A stretch of DNA of 64,000 bases from assembly GCA_951406725.2 (NCBI GenBank), contig OX597825.1, positions 83,514,001 to 83,578,000 of the forward strand. The letters are read 5' to 3'. The notes under the pieces were generated by a model. The model was not told the origin of the DNA and made no database searches. It saw only the letters and a list, made by a program, of their open reading frames with translations. Every line of letters begins with the position of its first letter. Position 1 is the first letter of the stretch. Positions 57,420 to 64,000 of the stretch are shown here, in pieces. A program made the position numbers and the translations under genes. Source of the stretch: Octopus vulgaris (taxonomy: Eukaryota).

Positions 57420-57421
<2 letters not shown>
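55715..57421 (+). mobile_element. Second, longer copy of the hammerhead-bearing non-coding element (hammerhead 57355-57405)
   Basis: About 5 substitutions in the ~330-bp unique core versus 50960-51290; identical ribozyme; extra low-complexity segment 56520-57000. Confidence 0.85.
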
Positions 57422-57477
<56 letters not shown>

Positions 57478-57488
57478 CATATATATAT

Positions 57489-57595
<107 letters not shown>

Positions 57596-58260
57596 ACTTT
57601 GGTAACTTTGATAGGTTTCGGCCAGTATAGGCCCAGGCAATGTCTAACTTGATAGCACCATATGTGTGTGTATGTTTGTGTGTGTGTGTGTGTGAGAGAG
57701 TGAGTGTGCGTAAACACTTCGTAGATATAAAGAAGACACATTCTTTCCGAAAAGCGATTAGCGGACGAGCTTCGTAAACGTGATTATAATTACACGCCAG
57801 ACCGAGAGAATATTCGACGATATAAAAGTACAAATGATATAATGATTCGCTTGAAAAATATATGGAAGCCACATATTGAAACAGATGAATCTATATATAA
57901 TATTGCCGCAACTTTGTTGTTTACAAAAGTTGTGATATTGCGTTGAACGAAAATATGTGATATCAGTTAGGCTATATCTCTTGATATTAGGAATTCCCGA
58001 ATTTAGCCTGATGCCGGCTTTGTTTATTAGATCTGAAAAGAAATTACAATATTATATCTTGATGTAGCATTATTAGGAAGAAAAGTTGCCATATTTGGCG
58101 GATGAAGGATGCTCACGTAACTCGCACGTTCCTGATATATTTTATCTCCGAACATATTAAATTAAGAGACCGACTCGCTGGCTACCGCATAGTCGTGTCA
58201 ATTTTGAGTAACGATTGAGGAGAGTTATTAGAACTTATTACAAAATGTACTTTATTTTCG

Positions 58261-58518
58261 TTATTTACATTCGACGGATATTTGTCCTCATCTTTTTTGT
58301 TGTTAACACAACGTTTCAGCTGGTATACCCTCCAGCCTTCTTCAGCTGTGTTGGGGAAATTTCGAACCTGGGTTCTCATTTCTAAGACACCTGAAGAAGG
58401 CTGGACGGAATTTCAGCCGAAACGTTTTGTTAACAACAAACAAGATGAAGGCAAATATCTGTCGAATGTAAATAATGTAAATAATGTACGTAATTCCTCA
58501 TCTCTTAAATATAGAACT
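58261..58518. mobile_element. Inverted pair of Penelope-like termini with two minimal hammerheads (58305-58352 minus; 58386-58431 plus)
   Basis: Arms 58261-58352 and 58384-58475 are reverse complements; same family as 21530-21660. Confidence 0.85.
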
Positions 58519-59989
58519 ATATTACTACAAAATGCTTGCGAATTTTGTTCGTAGTCGCTGAGCTCTGACTTGAAATTTGACAGGAATGTTAAACCCCAAT
58601 AGTGGCCTTGAGGAAGGTTTTGATTTTTAATATATAGATGACTGGTAGTTGCTTCTCAATGCGACAGACTTTGATCAAGAGAAGCGTCAATATATTTTGT
58701 CGTTGTAGTAATTGTCTCCATCCGAAAGGTGGAGAACAAACACTGCAAGATAACGACAGAAATCCGTATTATTTTATATCATTGATGTTAAAGACTGTAG
58801 GATGTGACATCATAAGAGGTGATGCTATACCTTTCCTAGTTCAGGAAACAATTTAGTGGCGACAAGGAGCAGCGACAGATATGAGGTTTTAACGAAAGTC
58901 TCGAAGATAAAAGAGAGTTATAAAATTACATTTGTACAAATGTTTTCGGATTAGCTTAATCTTGAGAAAGCTGAGAAAGCGTCGGATTGAATATCTTGGA
59001 TTATTTATTCTCTTTGCGTCCTGAGTTCAAATTCAACCGGAATCAATATTATCATTCATCAGTTTGGGGCTCGATAATCAAAATTTCAAGCAAGAGAATA
59101 GTGGAGATACTTAGAATTTGGATAACATTTTATCTACTAATTCTGCCCCTTGATTTTCTGGTTTTCTCAGATCTCTTATTCTAGAATAAAATTGGGAAGA
59201 CTCTCTTTTTCTGTAGATTATCTTATCAAATATTTGTTAATCCCCTTGGTATAATACTAATTAAAATACGAACGTAAATGTATCTAAATAAATAAAATAA
59301 TTAGCAGTCTTTTTTTTATAACTTCGTTGAAACACTATTGTTTAAATAGTTAATTCAAATAAATATTTCTCCTGGTTATATATTTCGAGAAACTCTATGT
59401 ATTTCGAAATGTCTCGATTGGTTGTGAGTTACCTACAGGAGGTGGGGGTGGATTATACATCTGGCATTAAGTTCATTATTGTAATTCACTTTACACTACT
59501 GAGAACCTGAATGCAGTTGCAAAATCCTCGTCTAAAGTCGAAACAAATTTGTTAATAATTCATTCAAAATGTAAGCCTGCAGCGCATGGACAAATTTACG
59601 TAACACGCATGATACAAATATCATTCATTTAGCATCTAATTACGTTGAATATAAGGTTTAATTAAAGCTAAATAATAACCTGTGCCAATGTGCAAAGTAC
59701 AGTGTCGTGGCAGCCTATGGGGATGTAGTACAAACATGTAAATGGGTGAATGTGAAGTTATATAATACACACACACGCACGCACATGCGCACGCACACAC
59801 AGACACACTCATAAACAAAAGAACACACGTGGAGTTCAAACTTTACTCTGGCTGTTTCGCTAGCATTTTATTGATGCATTCTTAGAAGATATCATAGGAA
59901 AACTTCAGGATTTCCATGTAAATGTTAAGCACATATAAACAGGCAGACTAAAAGCAGAAGATTCACATAATGTTAGCTGGTGACAGAGA

Positions 59990-60016
59990 AAGACAGACAG
60001 ACAGACATACATACAT

Positions 60017-60112
<96 letters not shown>

Positions 60113-60113
60113 C

Positions 60114-60197
<84 letters not shown>
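59990..60197. repeat. (GACA)n(GATA)n compound microsatellite
   Basis: Direct observation. Confidence 0.97.
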
Positions 60198-60199
<2 letters not shown>

Positions 60200-60461
60200 T
60201 ATATGTTTCTTTATTATCCACACAAGGCTGAACACAGACGGGACAAATTACAAGGTAGAGCTTTTCTTTTTGGTAGGTTTTCGATCAAAAGGGATCGTGA
60301 AAAAGAAAAAGAAAAAATAGGCAGATAGATAGAGTGACAGAGAGTGGAAGTTAGAGGTTGATAGTATATTTGGAATATTACGAGAATATAGAATATTTCC
60401 TTGCTGTCTTAATTCGATATATACACATAAACACTGTATTTATTATTTTTTAATATTACAA

Positions 60462-60885
60462 AAGCAGCATCGTTAGCACGCCAGGCGAAATAAATAGCGG
60501 TATTTTATCTGTCTTTACATTCTGAGTTCAAATTCAGTCACGAGCGAATTTGCCTTTCATCCTTTCAGTATAGATAAATTAAGTACCAGTTGAGCATTGG
60601 GGTTGACGTAATTGATTCACCGCCTCTTACAAAATTGCTGGCCTTGTACCGAAATTTGGAACCAATAAAGTGGTGAGCTGGTGGAATGGTTACCGTGGGG
60701 GAAAACTTTCTTAGCAGCATTTTTTCCAAATTTACGTGCTGAGTTCAAATGCTGCCGGGGCTGACTTTGCCTTTCATCCTTTCAGGGTCGATAAAATGTG
60801 TAACACTTGAGCAGTGGGATTGGTGTAATCGACTTAACTCCATCCGCGAAATTGCTGGCCTTGTGCCAAAATTCGAAACCAATGT
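60462..60885 (+). mobile_element. Two adjacent family A SINEs with the alternative tail AAAATTGCTGGCCTTGT.CC.AAATT.GAAACCAAT
   Basis: Copies at ~60462-60666 and ~60668-60885, each with CTGAGTTCAAAT and TTTGCCTTTCATCCTTTCAG. Confidence 0.85.
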
Positions 60886-61329
60886 AACACAAGCGAAAGG
60901 GAACTAAGTTTATGCCCAAGCAACTTGAATATCATAATAATTTATAGGAATGCAAAAAGTGATTCAATCTAACAAAGACATCGCATTCGGTATGTATATT
61001 TGTATCGATTTTGTTGAAAGCTGTATATCAGAGTTAGATGAAATTAAAACACATAAACAATGGCCTAAAGAGTATAGACTTGCTAGAACCTTCTCTGCTC
61101 TTTAGAACATTGTTTACTTAGATGCTGAGAATATTCTCAATTTATTTATTTTCTTCGTTATTTTCTTTCGATTCTTGTTCAGGATGAAATTTATATTTTC
61201 TAATTGTTGCAAGTTTGCTGAAGGTGACAATTTTATCGTCTGTTTTCCTCCACCGATAAAGAGATCTGGGAATGTATTTACGTTATTCACAATCTTTCTT
61301 GAATTTGCAATTCACGTCGGGTTTATATT

Positions 61330-62182
61330 GATGAGTATAATTAACACCGCCTCGGTCAAGTTTGACAGGATCCGTAGATGAACGTTCAATCCGGGCCAAC
61401 ATTTTTGGAGACGAAAGGCGGTTGTTCAGGCAAGTTTGTCATCCCAACACACTACAGATATTGATCAAAAGAAAAAGCATCCGATTACAGCCGAAAAAGC
61501 TTGGTATAAGTGTTTATGCAGGCATTAGGTTTAGAATTCAACGAACCAGAACTTTTACATGTTTCAGTCTGTGGACGGCAGCCATGCTGGACTACGGCCT
61601 TGAGGGGTTTAGTCGAAAGAATCCACCCCCTATCCTAATATATTTAAGGACGTATATCTAAAGCCGATCCTTATTCTGTCTCTTTTACCGAAATTCTAAG
61701 TTATGGGAACGTAAACAATTCAACTCTGGTTGTCAACCCATTGTGGAAGAGAAACATGTGACAAAGTTTTTTTTTTGGGTTCTTCCATTTTCGTGTTCAT
61801 CATTAATTACTCAAATACTTTCAGGGGAGACTTTGGGTGACCGTCAAGGTCACCAGATTTAAGCCCTTGTGATTTTTCCCTTTGGGGATACCGAAAGGAA
61901 AAAAAAATTCCGACACCATCCTCGAACTCTTGAGCACTTGAAAAAAAGGATTCGAGAGGAAATCAACGCAATAATCAATCTGTGACAAAGATAATCATGG
62001 AGAACTTCGAGGAACGACTGCATCAATCGATTGCCAACAACGGCCGTCATTTGCCTAATATAGTTTTTAAAACCCAGTAAAATAAACTGTTTTTATTTTA
62101 TTTTCAGAAACATAATAAACTGGCGGGGTTCTCTTTTTATATTCCTGCACAATGTGGGAGATCTTTATTCTTCATCCAGTAT
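61330..62182 (+). pseudogene. Decayed Tc1/mariner-superfamily transposase interrupted by a family B SINE (61550-61760, minus)
   Basis: N-terminal TGSVDERS...RKSIRLQPKKLGIS (HTH); C-terminal RGDFG*PSRSPDLSPCDFSLWGY.KEK, PRTLEHLKKRIREEINAI, MENFEERLHQSIANNGRHLPNIVFKT*. Confidence 0.8.
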
Positions 62183-62989
62183 ATAATTAGCGCAGAAGAG
62201 TGTGACAGAAAGAGAGGTGCCGGGGGTTCCACAGGGGAGCCTAGTTTCTTAATTTTACATTTAAGATTTATTTTTATCTTTGCTAAATATTACGAATCCA
62301 GCGACCAGCTATGAAATATATAAGCGGTCATTTCACAAAAATTGTCTCTTCGTGTGCGGTTAAGTTTCTCTTTATTAGACTTCGGAAAATTTTTGTTTTA
62401 ATATGATACAAATATATGTAATTTTGGAGATCAACTCAGTGATGCATTCATAGCAACTTCAAGAAATATGGTCTTGGTGGAATAGTGACCACATTTGTCT
62501 CACATTACTCGTTCTTCAAAATGTAACTATAACCAAACTGTATAAAGAACATTCACTATATTGAATATGCTGCTCCTGAATTAACTCAACTATGTATATA
62601 TTGAGAGCTAAGCCTATTGAAAAGGTTTCAAGGTGCAACGAAAATTTTAGGAAAGTAAAAATAAGAAAAAAAAGTGGAAATTTTACCGGTGAGTGTGTTA
62701 CATTATAGGGCACAAAAAGATAATGACTCTCCCCAGACACAACAGAATATGCTTCAACACACGAACTCATATAAAGAATCTTGCAAACCAAATCCAAAAA
62801 CGAAATACGTATCTATAAAGTTTTGTATATACATACATGAACAAAAATTATCCGAAGTTGTCAGTGATCAATTTGCTAGAATTCATTTCTTGGATCTCGT
62901 GTATGCAAATTGATTATAACAAGAAGATTTTTGGTGTTTGTTTTGGTTTTTCGGTTTGAGTTGTCAACCTTCAAAGCATTTCAGAAGTG

Positions 62990-63235
62990 TTCAATAACGT
63001 TCGCATTTTTTCAATTAAGGGTATTATCTATAGTTTGAGTTAATTAAAGTTATCGCCTTCAACGAAGTGTGTAGGCGCTACCTCTCCACATTTAGAGATC
63101 ACGCCTCCGGTTCTACGATGTGGGATTAGAATATCACAAGAAAGAATGGCAAAGCAGGTGCTTCAAGCATGGCAGTTTGGCAGGAGATTTCCACGAAGAG
63201 GGAGGTGGTAGGAGAATCCAATCGGAGATTGTTTT
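62990..63235 (+). pseudogene. RTE-clade LINE remnant
   Basis: LPLHI*RSRLRFY..IRISQERMAKQVLQAWQFGRR (cf. IERSQLRWYGHV.RMPQER..K.VL.A...GRR). Confidence 0.6.
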
Positions 63236-64000
63236 GTGAGTTGTTTCTGATAGAAGTTCACGGAAGAGGACTCTCTCTTTCTTTCTTTCTTTTCCCTCTT
63301 TCTTCCTTTTTATCTTCTCCCCTCTCTCTCTCTCTCACGATTCTCCCAGGAATAGACGACTGAGCATATAGATGGATGGACGGATGATTCGATCGATAAC
63401 TGGAGTGATAACTGGATCAATGAACGTAAAGTATAGTAGGGCCCTTCTCTAAGATGTTATACCAGAGCAAACTCACACAACAGTGGTACTGTAAGTCTAA
63501 ATCTAATGACAAGAACCGACTTGCTGCAAGGATCTTGCACAGTCTATTATTTTAGGAATATTGACAGAATATTTCTCGAGGACGTATCTTATAAATACAC
63601 GATACACATGAACTTGGATAATATCGACGTACAGTACATATTCTGCGTCTCTAATTGATGCAGCAAGAATATATCTACCAGTGTATGTATAAATGTATTC
63701 ATCTATGTATGTATCGACGTATATATATATATATATATATACGTATGTGTGTGTGTGCACGTACACATATATACACATGCGAATATGTATATACGGACGA
63801 CTTATAACTTATGTGAATTCATATTGATGCGTTATTAATATTCAACTATAAATTAAATATATATATTCATTTTTTTTTTTCGTAATATTCTTTTTCCTCA
63901 GAATCAACATTAAAATAACCGCCGGCAGAAAGTAAAGCGGAAATCGATAAAATCGATGGCTAAATCGTTATTTTTAATTTTTAATATGTACTAATTTACA

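Overview
AT-rich, microsatellite-saturated animal DNA that is intergenic or intronic. The repeat inventory resembles an Octopus/coleoid cephalopod genome; that is an inference from repeat style, not a database match. No intact host gene is supported, and almost all listed ORFs are microsatellite read-throughs. Recognisable content: (1) dozens of tRNA-derived SINEs in three families, including tandem multimers with an invariant junction; (2) five fragments of restriction-like-endonuclease (R4/Dong-type) LINEs, three of them abutting (TAA)n or (TACA)n/(TA)n tracts; (3) a young CR1 3' end and two RTE remnants; (4) decayed mariner/Tc1 transposases, a MITE with ~170-bp TIRs and a probable Helitron 5' end. 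The most notable signal is at least six sequence families of non-coding, Penelope-like terminal repeats, each carrying a type I hammerhead-ribozyme fold. These include minimal dimer-type folds and two U3-A8 covariant cores. Most abut (TA)n tracts and several are arranged as fold-back palindromes. A few unique CpG-rich islands (6.4-6.5 kb with tandem kB-like sites, 12.1-13.6 kb, 29.8-30.1 kb) are candidate regulatory or exon sequence at low confidence. All analysis was by eye, so boundaries and identities are approximate.
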